Part shown: positions 24,650 to 37,120 of the stretch, in pieces
How positions within the stretch are numbered: the stretch's first letter is position 1
Layout: every line of letters begins with the position of its first letter
Assembly (NCBI RefSeq): GCF_001194135.2
Contig: NC_068982.1
Coordinates: forward strand, 169,848,492 to 169,889,196
DNA: 40,705 nt
Direction: 5' to 3'
Origin: Octopus bimaculoides
Taxonomy: Eukaryota
Program-made: the position numbers and the translations under genes
The notes under the pieces: model-generated
What the model saw: only the letters and a program-made list of their open reading frames with translations
Told to the model about the DNA's origin: nothing
Database searches by the model: none

Positions 24650-25365
24650 TTAAACTCTACAGGCACGGATGTGTTCCCAGACGGGTTTGTCCGAGGAGCG
24701 CGTAGAATGACAAAACCGTTCTGCACGTACTCATTCAGTGTCCGAGTATTGCTGACTTGTGAGGTTATATGGAATAGCTGCTGTCACGTGTGGAACGTAT
24801 CCGTCTATCGACCGAGTCTATAGTGATAACTGCCCTACGACCCTCCTTTAATTGGGCAGGCAAGTCACCTTTCCTTTGCTTGTTGGCTGTGGCAAAAGAG
24901 TCGAGGCTGAAAGGTAAGAGAACAAATACATTCCTCTTTGGTAGAGGTCTCATTGACTTCTTCAAGTTTCACTTGAAAAAGAGATTGGGGGTGAGATGGA
25001 AGTGCTGTCCTCGAGTGTGCATATTGAAAGGTGGATGAAAGTTGCGAAAATGTAGACCTGTGAGTCAGAGAAAGGGAATTTGAGAGGGCTCATGCTCTTG
25101 GTACTCAGGGAGATCTTGGCCAGTGGAGTTCTTCGATTATCTTTAGAGGACATTTTATATCAGGAGGACTACATCTCTATCATCCCACCTTTTTAAGCCT
25201 TTGTATACTACGTATATTACCCTGCTTTTTGATTGTATACCGAGTGCACTTACTCATTTTTTCCTTATTTTTTATTTTATCATTTCATTATATGTAAACG
25301 CCCACACTGCACGTCTGTTTTGTATTGTCCTCCTCGTCCTTCGCCCTGATGGCAAATAAATGAAA
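24650..25365 (+). mobile_element. L1/Tx1-like LINE 3' end (ORF2 CCHC knuckle + 3'UTR)
   Basis: VCPRSA*NDKTVLHVLIQCPSIADL*GYME*LLSRV...DFFKFHLKKRL, in-frame stops; ends ggcaaataaa + (AAT)n. Confidence 0.75.
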
Positions 25366-25392
25366 TAATGATAATAATAATAATAATAAGGA

Positions 25393-25487
25393 GAAGAAGA
25401 AGAAGAAGAAGAAGAAGAAGAAGAAGAAGAAGAAGAAGAAGAAGAAGAAGAAGAAGAAGAAGAAGAAGAAGAAGAAGAAGAAGAAGA
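25393..25487. repeat. (GAA)n microsatellite preceded by (AAT)n
   Basis: Seen directly. Confidence 0.95.
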
Positions 25488-25755
25488 ATGATCCATTGGG
25501 AACTCTGTAGAAATCACGGCCGACGAAGAACAAAGACGTGATATTAGCAAACCCCAGAAGGAGTCACCGAAAATGAGAATTGCAAAATCATATGGGATGC
25601 AATGATTTAGTGCGATAACCAGAACAGACATCGAAAACCGGATATTGTTGTGGTGAATAAAAAAGATGTATGATAATCGACATAGCATGTGGGAAATACG
25701 AACGTTGTGGTCAATGAAGAGAGTAGACGTGATACCAATAGTAATTGGTGCACTT
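25485..25755 (+). mobile_element. RLE endonuclease segment of an R4/Dong-like LINE, opposite in orientation to the adjacent RT
   Basis: RMIHWELCRNHG..TPEGVTENENCKIIWDAMI*CD..RKPDIVVVNKK..IDIAC / WEIRTLWSMKRVDVIPIVIGAL. Confidence 0.85.
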
Positions 25756-28560
25756 TTCTCTGTCTGTTTTATCTTCAACATCCAAATTGACCATGCATTC
25801 TTTTCTTTATCCACGTATTTTCAGTTTCATTCGTTTTTAACTTTTTGTACAGTGCACTATCTTTTCAATCTTTCATCCTACACCAGCCTGACCTTCTTAC
25901 TTCTAACAACAGCGGTTCTGTGGCATTTTTCACATACCATGCTATGTTCTTTTTTGCTCTAATGCTGTGTTCGCATCCAATAAGTCCTCTTCCCCCTCTG
26001 TTTCTTAGTACATACAGTCTGTCTGTGTCACGTTTTTGGTGGAGTGCCCCATATCTAGTTAGCAACTTCCTTGTCTTTCTGTCTAAGCTGTTTAGTTCAT
26101 CTACTGACCATGCGATTACCCCTACTCCATATCTAAGGAGTGAAACCACTCAAGCGTTGATAGCTTTGATCTTATTCCGTCCGTTTAATTTCGACTGAAA
26201 GATCAGTCGCAGTCTGCGCAAGTACTCCACCTTAAATTTTTCTGTCATTTCTTTCTCCATTAACTTATCCAATTTCCCAAATCCCCAAGTACTTATAGCC
26301 CGTCTCTTCTATCTGCTTCATAACCTCTCCCGACGATATCATTAGCCCCTCCATAAATTTCATTTTGCCTCTCTTCAAGACTAACACGCCACACTTTTTC
26401 AGTACGAACTCCATTCTGATATCAACACTGAAAGTATACACCGTATCAACGAGGGAACTGACTTGGGCTTCATCTTCACCATAAAGTTTGAGGTCATTCA
26501 TGAATAAAAAATGGTTGACTTTTTGTTGGTGGCTTTTGAATACATACCCAAGCTTTGCTTTCCTCAGAATCAGTGTTACTGGTATCATGCACAGTACAAA
26601 GATCCGTACAAAGATCCCTTGGAAGATGCCTCTCCTGATTTCTATTGTCTCTAAACTTCTTCCATATGCTGTCAGTTCCATACTCCAATTCGCCATACTT
26701 TTAACGAGAAATCGCTCAATATTTAATACCAAATACGTTCTCATATTCCATAATCCAAGAATGTGGGATCATATCGTACGCCTTACGATAGTCGATCCAT
26801 GACATGGTTAAGTTAGTTTTCCTCGTCTTGCAGTCTCTAAGTACAGTTTTGTCTATCAGGAGTTGATTCTTGGTACCTCTGCACTTACGCTTGCAACCCT
26901 TCTGCTCATGTAGCAGGACTCTATTTTTTCCAGATGTTCGTATATTGAGTCTACGAGTATTCCAGTCAATAACTTCCACATAAGTGGCAAACACGATATT
27001 GGCGTATAGCTGTCTTCCGTATTGCCTTTTCGATGTTTCTCGAGCACAGCACTGTCCTACCCAATGGCAACCACTCTGGTGTTACTTGGTTGACATTTAA
27101 CAAGGTGTTAAGTTGCGCAGCTATTCATGCATGACATTCACCAAATCTTTTGATCCAGTAGCCTTGAACACAATGTGGTCCCGGGGCCTTCCAGTTGCTC
27201 ATTTGTTTTGCTGATTTCTTTCACTTCCCTAACTGAAATGACTAGTTCTGCCTGTTTTGGACAGACTACTGTTTGTTTCAGTTCTTGCAACCATTCAGCA
27301 TCCTTCTTGTGCTCCTTGTCTTTGCTCCAGATGTCACTCCAATAACCTTTGACTTTCTTTGTTATCTGGTATCAATTTTTCATCTGTACACTCTCCATTT
27401 ATTTCTTTATAGCATATCTTCTTATCTACTCTTAATAACCTATTCTGGTGGTAACCCTTCTTTGGTCGTATCTTACCATCTTTGCTTTCTTTGCAACTAA
27501 GCGCTGTTTCAGTTTCCCCATTACCACTTTCAGGCCCTTTCTTTCAATATTATACTTCATTTTCAGCGCCCTGTATTTTTGTTCGCTTTTAAGCCCCACT
27601 TTCTCTTTTCAGTCTAACACAGAGATTTCGTTCGGGAGGTAGTCTAACCCTGCCTGTATTCTTCTTTTCCACCATGGATCTTTTCTTTTGTCGTTCTCAT
27701 TATGTTTCTTTTTTTTTGACATCAATAGCCACATTTTTTGCTACAACAATACTTGCTGCTTGAACAAATTATTTGTTTCTGTGATGCTGTTTGTTCTGAT
27801 ATATTTCAGAATTTCATTGACATTTTTCGTTTCTTGGTTTAATTTCCATCGATCAACCTTTTTAAGGTTGCAAATAATGTCGCTATCCTTCTCCTGTAGT
27901 CCTGCTTTTATTCGGTCGTAGACTGCCTTTTGTTCATCTGTCATGTCGCCATTAGTTTTATTGTCTTCTTTCAGATCATCTGTATGTCCCTCATCAAGTA
28001 AACTACCACTGTTCCTTTCCTGTGTTATGAGATTACTCTTATTAGTAAGAACTTCATTTTCATCGTTATCATTGCTGCTTTTTTTCCAAGACCCGCCTTT
28101 TGATAGCTTCGAGCTCTAATTCTGTGAACCAACGATTTTTTCTTATTGCCCTAGTTTGATCACATTGTCTCTGTTTCGTGAGTTGAAACAATCACTTTTC
28201 TCTCCAATGATCATACATACGTTGTCGGTAAGCCCTAATTTTAGCACCATTTTCATCTACCGGGTTGCTCAGGTAGTAACAGCATAAGTTTGCTTGCTCC
28301 ATCTACGCCGTGTGTGGTGGTCCCTTTCTGGATATCGACAGGCTGGAGCCAGACCAGAATCTCTGAGCCGGCCGGGTGGAACACTGTCACCATCACTAGC
28401 TCCAGTTTCATTACCACCGTTATCCACAATATTTTGTATTTTCATTGTCACTCATATGAGGTAGCGATTATCAGATTGCGCAGTTACCAGTGTTTTTATT
28501 GAGACACCATCACTAGATGTATCATTAATCAGTCCATGGGCGGATCCACCCGTTTCCTTT
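25751..28560 (-). mobile_element. R4/Dong-like LINE, 5' end through RT/thumb, decayed (frameshifts, stops)
   Basis: Minus-strand pieces: [89 protein letters not shown] (catalytic D-to-N), YKYLGI, RLYVLRNRGGRGL, RMHGQF. Confidence 0.92.
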
Positions 28561-28562
28561 CA

Positions 28563-28624
28563 TTCTTCTTCTTCTTCTTCTTCTTCTTCTTCTTCTTCTT
28601 CTTCTTCTTCTTCTTCTTCTTCTT

Positions 28625-28696
<72 letters not shown>
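28563..28696. repeat. (TTC)n(TTA)n microsatellite
   Basis: Seen directly. Confidence 0.95.
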
Positions 28697-28698
<2 letters not shown>

Positions 28699-28910
28699 GG
28701 TGGTGAACTGGCAGAATTGTTAGCAAGCTAAACGAAATGCTTAGCGGCATTTCGCCCGTCGCTACATTCTAAGTTCAAATTCTGCTGAGGTCGACTTTGC
28801 CTGTCATCCATTCGGGTTCGATAACTTAAGTACCAGTGTAACACTGGGGTCGATGTAATCGAATAGCTCCTTCCCCCAAATTTCAGGCCTTATGCCTATA
28901 GTAAAAAGGA
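28697..28910 (+). mobile_element. SINE family A, (ATT)n tail
   Basis: aaggtggtgaactggcagaattgttagc...gcctatagtaaaaaggattatt. Confidence 0.88.
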
Positions 28911-28957
28911 TTATTATTATTATTATTATTATTATTAGTAGTAGTAGTATTATTATT

Positions 28958-29173
28958 AAGGCCGTGGGCTGACAGAATCGTTAGCACCACGGATAAAATG
29001 CTTAGCGGCATTTCAACCATCTTTACGTTCTGAGTTCAAATTCTCTCGAGGTGAATTTTCCCTTTCAACCTTTCGGGGTCGATAAGATATGCACCAGTTG
29101 AAAACATCAGTTGATGTAAACGACTCCCCGCACGCCATGAAAAATTGCTGGCCTTGTGCTAAAATTTGAAACC
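28958..29173 (+). mobile_element. SINE family A, diverged
   Basis: gctgacagaatcgttagcac...ttacgttctgagttcaaatt...ggccttgtgctaaaatttgaaaccattatta. Confidence 0.85.
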
Positions 29174-29174
29174 A

Positions 29175-29297
29175 TTATTATTATTGTTGTTGTTGTTGTT
29201 ATTTCTGTTGTTGTTTGTGTTGCTGTTGTTGCCGCTGTTGTTGTTGTTGTTACTAGTGCTGTTGTTGTTATTATTATTATTATTATTGTTATTATTA

Positions 29298-29362
<65 letters not shown>

Positions 29363-29369
29363 GTTGTTG

Positions 29370-29404
<35 letters not shown>

Positions 29405-29414
29405 NNNNNNNNNN

Positions 29415-29477
<63 letters not shown>

Positions 29478-29484
29478 GTTGTTG

Positions 29485-29540
<56 letters not shown>
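29175..29540. repeat. (ATT)n/(GTT)n microsatellite with a 10-N gap
   Basis: Seen directly. Confidence 0.95.
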
Positions 29541-29542
<2 letters not shown>

Positions 29543-29715
29543 GGCGGCGTCGTAGCAGAATCGTTAGCACGCCGTCTTTACGTTCTGAGTACAAATTCCC
29601 GCGAGGTCGACTTGGCCTTTGCTCCTTTCAGGTTCGATAAATTAAGTATCAGCTGAGTGCTGGGGTCAATATAATCAACTATCCCCTCCCCTAAATTTCG
29701 TGTCTTGTTCGTGTA
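29541..29715 (+). mobile_element. SINE family A with internal deletion
   Basis: gcagaatcgttagcacgcc joined to gtctttacgttctgag.acaaattcc...gaggtcgact. Confidence 0.8.
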
Positions 29716-30164
29716 ATAGAAGTGGAGATCTCTTTGCTTGTAACAGCCCTATTATACGGCATAATGGACAATGCAAAAATTCTGTGAGTCAACAAAATGG
29801 GAGAGGAGAATTCATCACGTACAGGCTTAGATCTATAGTTACACGCCGATATGTGGGTATCGAAACCATCCCTGATCTGATTAACGTACAGAATGGAACA
29901 CAGTTATTTGTAGCACGAGAGGAGAGAAACACATGATGCCACATTCGTGGCAAAACTAGCCATTTAAATGCTTTCTGCCCATGCAATGAAAAGTAAAAAT
30001 CCCGCTGCTCTAACACCTCTAACACAACAACAACAGCAGAGGCAGTACCACCACCACCACCACCACCAAAACCACCACCACCACCACTAACAACAACAAA
30101 GCAACAGCAGCATTACCAACAATAACAACCACAACAAGAATAACACCAACAGCATCAGTGCCGT

Positions 30165-30790
30165 AAATAGTCGCTCAGGTTGAACGTATGCTGGGGCTAC
30201 GCGTCATCATTGGAATTACATGCAGAGATCACCAGGGTCTCGGTTCTTCCCATTTCCAATGAAAGAAGAAGGCAGACATCAGGGAGAGGAGGGCCATGAT
30301 TCAGGCAGAAATGCGTATGCAGGAGGAAGTAAGAAGACCAAAAGCTGTGATGCTGTATCACGGTGTGCCTGGACTAAATGGGACCTCTCTAGGAGGAAGG
30401 TTACATGAACAGATGTTCCACAGGACTGGAACCTTTCCGCATATCCTTGTTGCTGCGAACGGTGTTTGATACACTCCCAACACCAACAAACCTGCATAGA
30501 TAGGGTTCTAAGGAAGACCAACTGAGTAAACTTTGTAGAGAAAAGGGCACACTGGCACACATTTTGTCATAGCACTTTCTCAAGGAAGATACAAGTGACG
30601 CCATGATAGGGTGCTTGCAACACAGGCGCTCACCCCGCAGCAGGAAAGTTTCAAGGATCATCATCATCATCAGGAGAAAACAACAGCAGCAATTAAGTCC
30701 GTGAAAGAGGGAGAGGGACCTGTAAAGATAGCCAAAAAGACGCAGCTAGCTGCATGGATCCCAATCATGGGATATGAAAGTGGTATATAT
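30165..30790 (+). mobile_element. HERO/NeSL-like RLE LINE fragment (post-RT region + CCHC knuckle)
   Basis: MLGLRVIIGITCRDHQGLGSSHFQ*, ADIRERRAMIQAEMR, AWTKWDL, LEPFRISLLLRTVFDTLPTPTNLHR*G, KLCREKGTLAHILS, ALSQGRYK*RHDRVL. Confidence 0.8.
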
Positions 30791-32921
30791 ATATANNNNN
30801 NNNNNNNNNNNNNNNNNNNNNNNNNNNNNNNNNNNNNNNNNNNNNNNNNNNNNNNNNNNNNNNNNNNNNNNNNNNNNNNNNNNNNNNNNNNNNNNNNNNN
30901 NNNNNNNNNNNNNNNNNNNNNNNNNNNNNNNNNNNNNNNNNNNNNNNNNNNNNNNNNNNNNNNNNNNNNNNNNNNNNNNNNNNNNNNNNNNNNNNNNNNN
31001 NNNNNNNNNNNNNNNNNNNNNNNNNNNNNNNNNNNNNNNNNNNNNNNNNNNNNNNNNNNNNNNNNNNNNNNNNNNNNNNNNNNNNNNNNNNNNNNNNNNN
31101 NNNNNNNNNNNNNNNNNNNNNNNNNNNNNNNNNNNNNNNNNNNNNNNNNNNNNNNNNNNNNNNNNNNNNNNNNNNNNNNNNNNNNNNNNNNNNNNNNNNN
31201 NNNNNNNNNNNNNNNNNNNNNNNNNNNNNNNNNNNNNNNNNNNNNNNNNNNNNNNNNNNNNNNNNNNNNNNNNNNNNNNNNNNNNNNNNNNNNNNNNNNN
31301 NNNNNNNNNNNNNNNNNNNNNNNNNNNNNNNNNNNNNNNNNNNNNNNNNNNNNNNNNNNNNNNNATATATATATATATATATATATAATATTATATATAT
31401 AAATATAAACGCACTATATATGTGCACTCTTATAAATAAACAAACAATACTTCGCATATCTATCTATTTTTCTATCTCTTTAGCTTATTTATATTATCTC
31501 TCAGTGTACATACATTTGCACATATACACTTTATACACGCACACATATATGTATGTATGTATATATGTATGTGTATATGTATGTACATAAAGAAAGCTAG
31601 AGTGAATGCGAGAGACTGTTTATATAGAGACAGAGCAATATAAGTAAACAAGAGATTTCCATCACTGATGCTATAAATGTATTTTCTAATCATACACTGC
31701 TGCAGGTAAACAACAGCAACGACAATAACAATATCAGCATCCCCACCACCCTCGCCAGCAGCAACAATAGCATCCTCTCCACCCCTGTCGATAGCAACAA
31801 CAGCAACAACAACAACAACGACAACAACGGCAGCAGCAACTGTAGTAGCAATAGTAGCAACATGTACCAATAGAATGAGAAATATGGAAATAAAAACACG
31901 GAAACTGAACAATAAAACTGGATCGAAAAATTTTTTTATCCATTCGAAATAAATAAATTTCCCGCTGAGGATGACGGTTAAGTGTAGGAGGAAAGAAAAA
32001 GGAAAAAAAAAATAATAAAGGAAGGTGGTATGATGGTGATGGTGGTGATGATGGGGTGGGGGAAAAATGAACAAGAAAAAGCTAACAAAACAAGAATATA
32101 AACAATATGAAGTTAAACGAAATAAGACAGAAAAGCAAAAAGGAAAATGCATATGTATTAGGTTAGAGTAGATGTTTGAGAAAATAGCTGCTAATTAAAG
32201 TAATAACAATAATTTAATGATAGATATATAATGATGAAACAAATAACAATGGCGACATTGATGATAATGATAAGCGTGATGATGATGGTTATGTTAACCT
32301 GCTTAAATAAGCACGATTAAAATATAAGCGAGCGGCATATATTTGCAGCATGCATTATTGTAGAATATACAGAGATAATAATTAGAGAAGAAATAGCATA
32401 AGAAACTGCAAAAACCGAGGCTCTTCCATCTAAAAACTAAAAACTGGAATGAATTGGAATAAAACACAGGGGCGGTAAAATAGAAAAAAAGATATGGTTA
32501 ATATAACTCTATGGGAATATAAATATATTTCAAGTAAATAAAACGGAGTCAAAACAAATATAGTATGATACAATAGTAGTGTGTGTGTATATATATTTAT
32601 ATATACATATACATATACATGTTTTTAAATATATATATACAATTATATATATATATATATATATATATATNNNNNNNNNNGTAATGTATATATATATTCT
32701 TTTCAATCTATGGATGATATTATCTAAAATTTTTACATATAAACTAAAACGAAAACTTGGAACGTACATTTTGAAACAAGAAAATCATTTTCTGTTGTGT
32801 TGTATGTTTGTGATTATGAATTTTGATTCGAATCCATACGGTTTCCAGTCCGGTTCTTATTGCCTAGTATCTTGAGGGAAAATGTTCTATAATGGACCTG
32901 CTGTAAGTAATGCCTTGCAAG

Positions 32922-32963
<42 letters not shown>

Positions 32964-33469
32964 GCATAATCACTTATCACATCTCTACCCTACTTTAGTA
33001 GGTATGCACTCTCTTTATTTGTGTGCAGATATATCTACAGATATGTATCTACGTAAATTCACGTACTAACAAAACTCACAAATCTACACATAGCTGAAAC
33101 ATTCTTGATTCAGACCATAAACGTAGTTACTTTGTTAGCAGCCATTTTCAATTCTGCAAAGAAGCGAAATTAATCTCCATGAATATGAAGTACTGATGTG
33201 GACATACATATATACATATAAATATTAGGAAGCCTGCTGATGTGATTGATATACGAATGCGAACACAATTCTTCTATTCTTTGATGTGCAGAATATAACG
33301 GGTAGTGACCTGCCGTACGAATCACGATCAGTTCATCGCTTTTCAGAGAAGACATATTCTGTTTCCTTCACCAATCCACAGCAAGGACTATTCAGCCACT
33401 ATAGCAAACATTCATAATTTAGGTTAGAATCATTATTGATTAATTGGTATATTTGTATTCTTGGTGTGA

Positions 33470-33530
33470 ATGTGCGGGGCATAGTAGTTAGGGATATTCG
33501 GCTCATGATCGGAAGGTCTTGAAATCGGAA
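33470..33530 (+). mobile_element. Degenerate SINE family C head fragment
   Basis: gcatagtagttagggatattcggctcatgatcggaaggtcttgaaatcg resembles the tRNA-like head at 21050-20990. Confidence 0.45.
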
Positions 33531-35860
33531 GAACTGAAATAAAATGAAATATTATGAAATCCGGCTCTGAGAAAAGTATACCAATGTAAGAATATTCCTT
33601 CTATGTTGCCTCTTTATGTGCAGAAAAAGAGGAGGTGTTTTCCGGCAGAAGGTTTCACGGTTTTTCGCTGCTCCTCACAGAAGACATACTCACTTTCCTT
33701 CCTCGACCAATAGCGTAGTATATTTTGATATTTTGTAAAGCAGTTAAAAAATTAGGCTATTATCATAGTGAACAGCTTAGCTTGTATTTTTGTGAATTTC
33801 ATGACTCGTTATTAATCAAGCAACATATATTTTAACTAAAACGTCGTAAGAATAAGAACGACTGATAAATGAAGTAAATTTTCACTTCGTCGAATTATAT
33901 AATGTATAACAACCTTCACCCTCCAATTTGCTTTTGTAGAAAGTACTCATCCTATTTCCACATCTTTTTTCTATTTCCTGCCTTTTGTTTGTAAGAGATA
34001 GATCTTTAACAACGACCAATTAAGTTTCTTGCGTGATTATATAACTGTATTTAAGCATGAAAATTGAAATTTATCTGAAACTATTTCCTGCATGAGATTA
34101 TTCGTGTTTTCTTTAACAATTGCTAATAATTACAAATATGTTCTTGGTCTTTTGCTTTCCTCAAACTAAAAGACAAATTTCAATACATTGAAACTTTTTG
34201 CGAACGTCATTCAGTGCATCGTCTTCTACCTCAACAATATGCTTACTCTGGTGGTTTATCTTTGTTGCTGTATTTCCAACAAATTGTCCGCGCGTCTATT
34301 TCTCTATCTCACTTCTATATCTTCCCTTTGTCTATTTCCTTTTCAATAGTGTCTGTTTTCTTTCGCATATCGTGTTCTCTCCATCTCTGTCTCCTCTTCC
34401 TTCTCGTCTCTCCAAGTTTTCTTGCAAATCCACTCAGTCGCCGGTTACTTCTACAGCAACGACTATTTTCCCGAAGTTCTTGTTAGTTAATAGCATTTCA
34501 TAAAGTTATAAAGGTTGACAACTACAGTTTGTAGGTCATTGATACAACGCATAGACAGCGACAAGGTACGAACCGCTAGCTACACATCTGGTTGTTCGGT
34601 ACCCTAGCAGTTTAACTATCTGTACGCTTGACTCAACATATACCGAATTCTAATCACATCTTTCTCCATTCGCTTCTCATAGAAAGAAAGTAAGAAAGGA
34701 AGAAAGAAAGAAAGAGAAAAAAGAAAGGAAACAGTGGGCATGTTGCCAATTTGAAAACTAATTATTATTGAGTTGTGTGACTTCTTGCGAATAAACATTT
34801 TTGGCGAACTAAATATCTATTCATAATTGGGAATTATTCATGTTTCTATTTCTAATTGGGGACTTCACATCTCTTATGTCGATATTATCGTGAGGGAAAG
34901 TATGAACATATAGATTTCCTTTTATCTTCCTCTAAACGAATACCAATACCAAAATAATCATCAACATGATCAGCGGACCGATAACAAAATACAACTGCTA
35001 CTACTATTACTGCTAACCCTTACAATAATTGACATCAACAACAATGTTGTTATAATAAACAGTATTATGAGTTCAGCCAGGGCATTGCGAGCAGAAGAGT
35101 GACAAAAAAGGTAGCAAGCCCAACTAAAGAACTAGTAGTAATTTTATGTGCTGAGTTTAAGTTTTGCTGAAATAGAGATACAAAATAAGCAATAGTCATG
35201 TCAGCAGATTGATTGATTGGCCGTTAACTTTAGTTATAAATGTATGGATTTGTGGGTTGAACCAATATAAATAGCATTAGTGCGGCGAGTCCATAGATAC
35301 AATACTATGATAACTAAAATCACGTACTGTTTGTTTTCTAATTTTATCCCTCTTCGACATATGTTGAAATCGTTTCAGGGTCGCTCAACCCAATCCTTCG
35401 CTATTCTTTTAGTTGTGAAGTTAATAACATAAATGTGCCTCAATAAGTCAATGTACTAAAGGCTTCGTGCATATCGGTCGTGAAGTGGAAACGAAAAGAG
35501 TTACTATCAGAGGGGAGCGCATTCGTAACACTGAACTATATATACATACATGCATGCATACACACATACATACATGCAAATGTACATACACACACATACA
35601 TAGGACAAAACATACAAACCTGCACATATACACTCATACGTACACAAAGTCGATGATTTCCACTACTATGAATGGTCCTGTTCATTTTACTTTTTAGCAC
35701 GCTTGTATATATGGGTGCACACACGCATATATGATATATATATATTTCATATATGTGCTAATGATGATGTAATAACTTTTACATGAGGAACGAGATTATG
35801 AAACAGCTGTGAACAAATACTGTAAAATTCTATTTTCTCACCTCATTTATATATATATGT

Positions 35861-35902
<42 letters not shown>

Positions 35903-36456
35903 TATTTTAAATGGCAATACAATTTTAAATAATAATTAAGATATCCACTGGAAGATGGTGGATGTCGAGTAATGCCAAACGAGATGCTGTTCACCGTTTT
36001 CTCTGTCCAAAAATATTTTGTTCAACCCAATTTATTATGGTCTAGTATTTAAAACTATATTGTCCTTCGAAATATTCGCAAAAAGTGACCGAATGATTTG
36101 TTTCTACACTTCCAAAATTAAGATTTAAATGTATATGTACATACATATACACATATAAATACACGTATTGTATTTTACCACAAGACAGTACTTATCTAAC
36201 TGTGAGATACATTACTAGCACTCATGCCTTCTAAGTATTGGGTTGTTATCCTACACTTTTTGAGTTTACCGACTGCGTCGTTAGCCTCATATATCTGTGA
36301 AATCTCACGGGAGTACTACGCAGACGATAGTCTCGATTCAATTGAGTATCTTAGTCCTCAGTATAGTTATGGTATCTGACATATATATACTCATCTTAGT
36401 ACGTATATATTCAGATAGGATGCATATATACATATACAAACATAAATACATCATAC

Positions 36457-36494
<38 letters not shown>

Positions 36495-36524
36495 TTACAT
36501 ATATATATATATATATATACTTAC

Positions 36525-36557
<33 letters not shown>

Positions 36558-36639
36558 AACACACACACACACACACACACGCACACACACATATATATAT
36601 ATATATGCTTGTGTGTGCGCCCTGTATTGAGTTGCGGTA

Positions 36640-36770
36640 GGGGTGTGCGCAAGTAAAGTTGCCTGAAGATGAAAGTGTCGTAAAATTTGGGTCGGGAGAT
36701 AATAATTCATTGTCAATAAACAATATATTCCATAACACGTATTGAGTACTCTTCTTTCATTCGCACACCC
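36640..36770 (+). mobile_element. Possible PLE-like terminal remnant
   Basis: aataaa..atatt.....gtatt.gagtactctt resembles the tail at 10872-10915; upstream cctgaaga. Confidence 0.35.
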
Positions 36771-36931
36771 TAGAATGTTAGTATACACAAACATGCACAC
36801 ACAACACGCATACTCACACATACACACACGCACACACAAACACATACACACCCACATACATACATATCTGTATAGATACATACATATCTATATGTCATTA
36901 TGTATATATATATATTTATTTACAATTACAA

Positions 36932-36962
<31 letters not shown>

Positions 36963-37062
36963 TATACATGCGTATGTATCTTTTCTTTCTCTTTCTCCCC
37001 ATATATATATAATTATTAATTTTATTACTAATTGACGATTCCCTGCCCTGCATATCTATATA

Positions 37063-37100
<38 letters not shown>

Positions 37101-37120
37101 TGATTATATATATATTTATA

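Noticed and set aside
25272-25814. 180-aa minus-strand ORF
   Set aside because: Chimeric: antisense of the inverted RLE segment plus poly-Ser from the (GAA)n tract.
36663-36700. CTGAAGA...GTC as another hammerhead
   Set aside because: No GAAA at the right place (gtaaa), and stems I and II do not pair.
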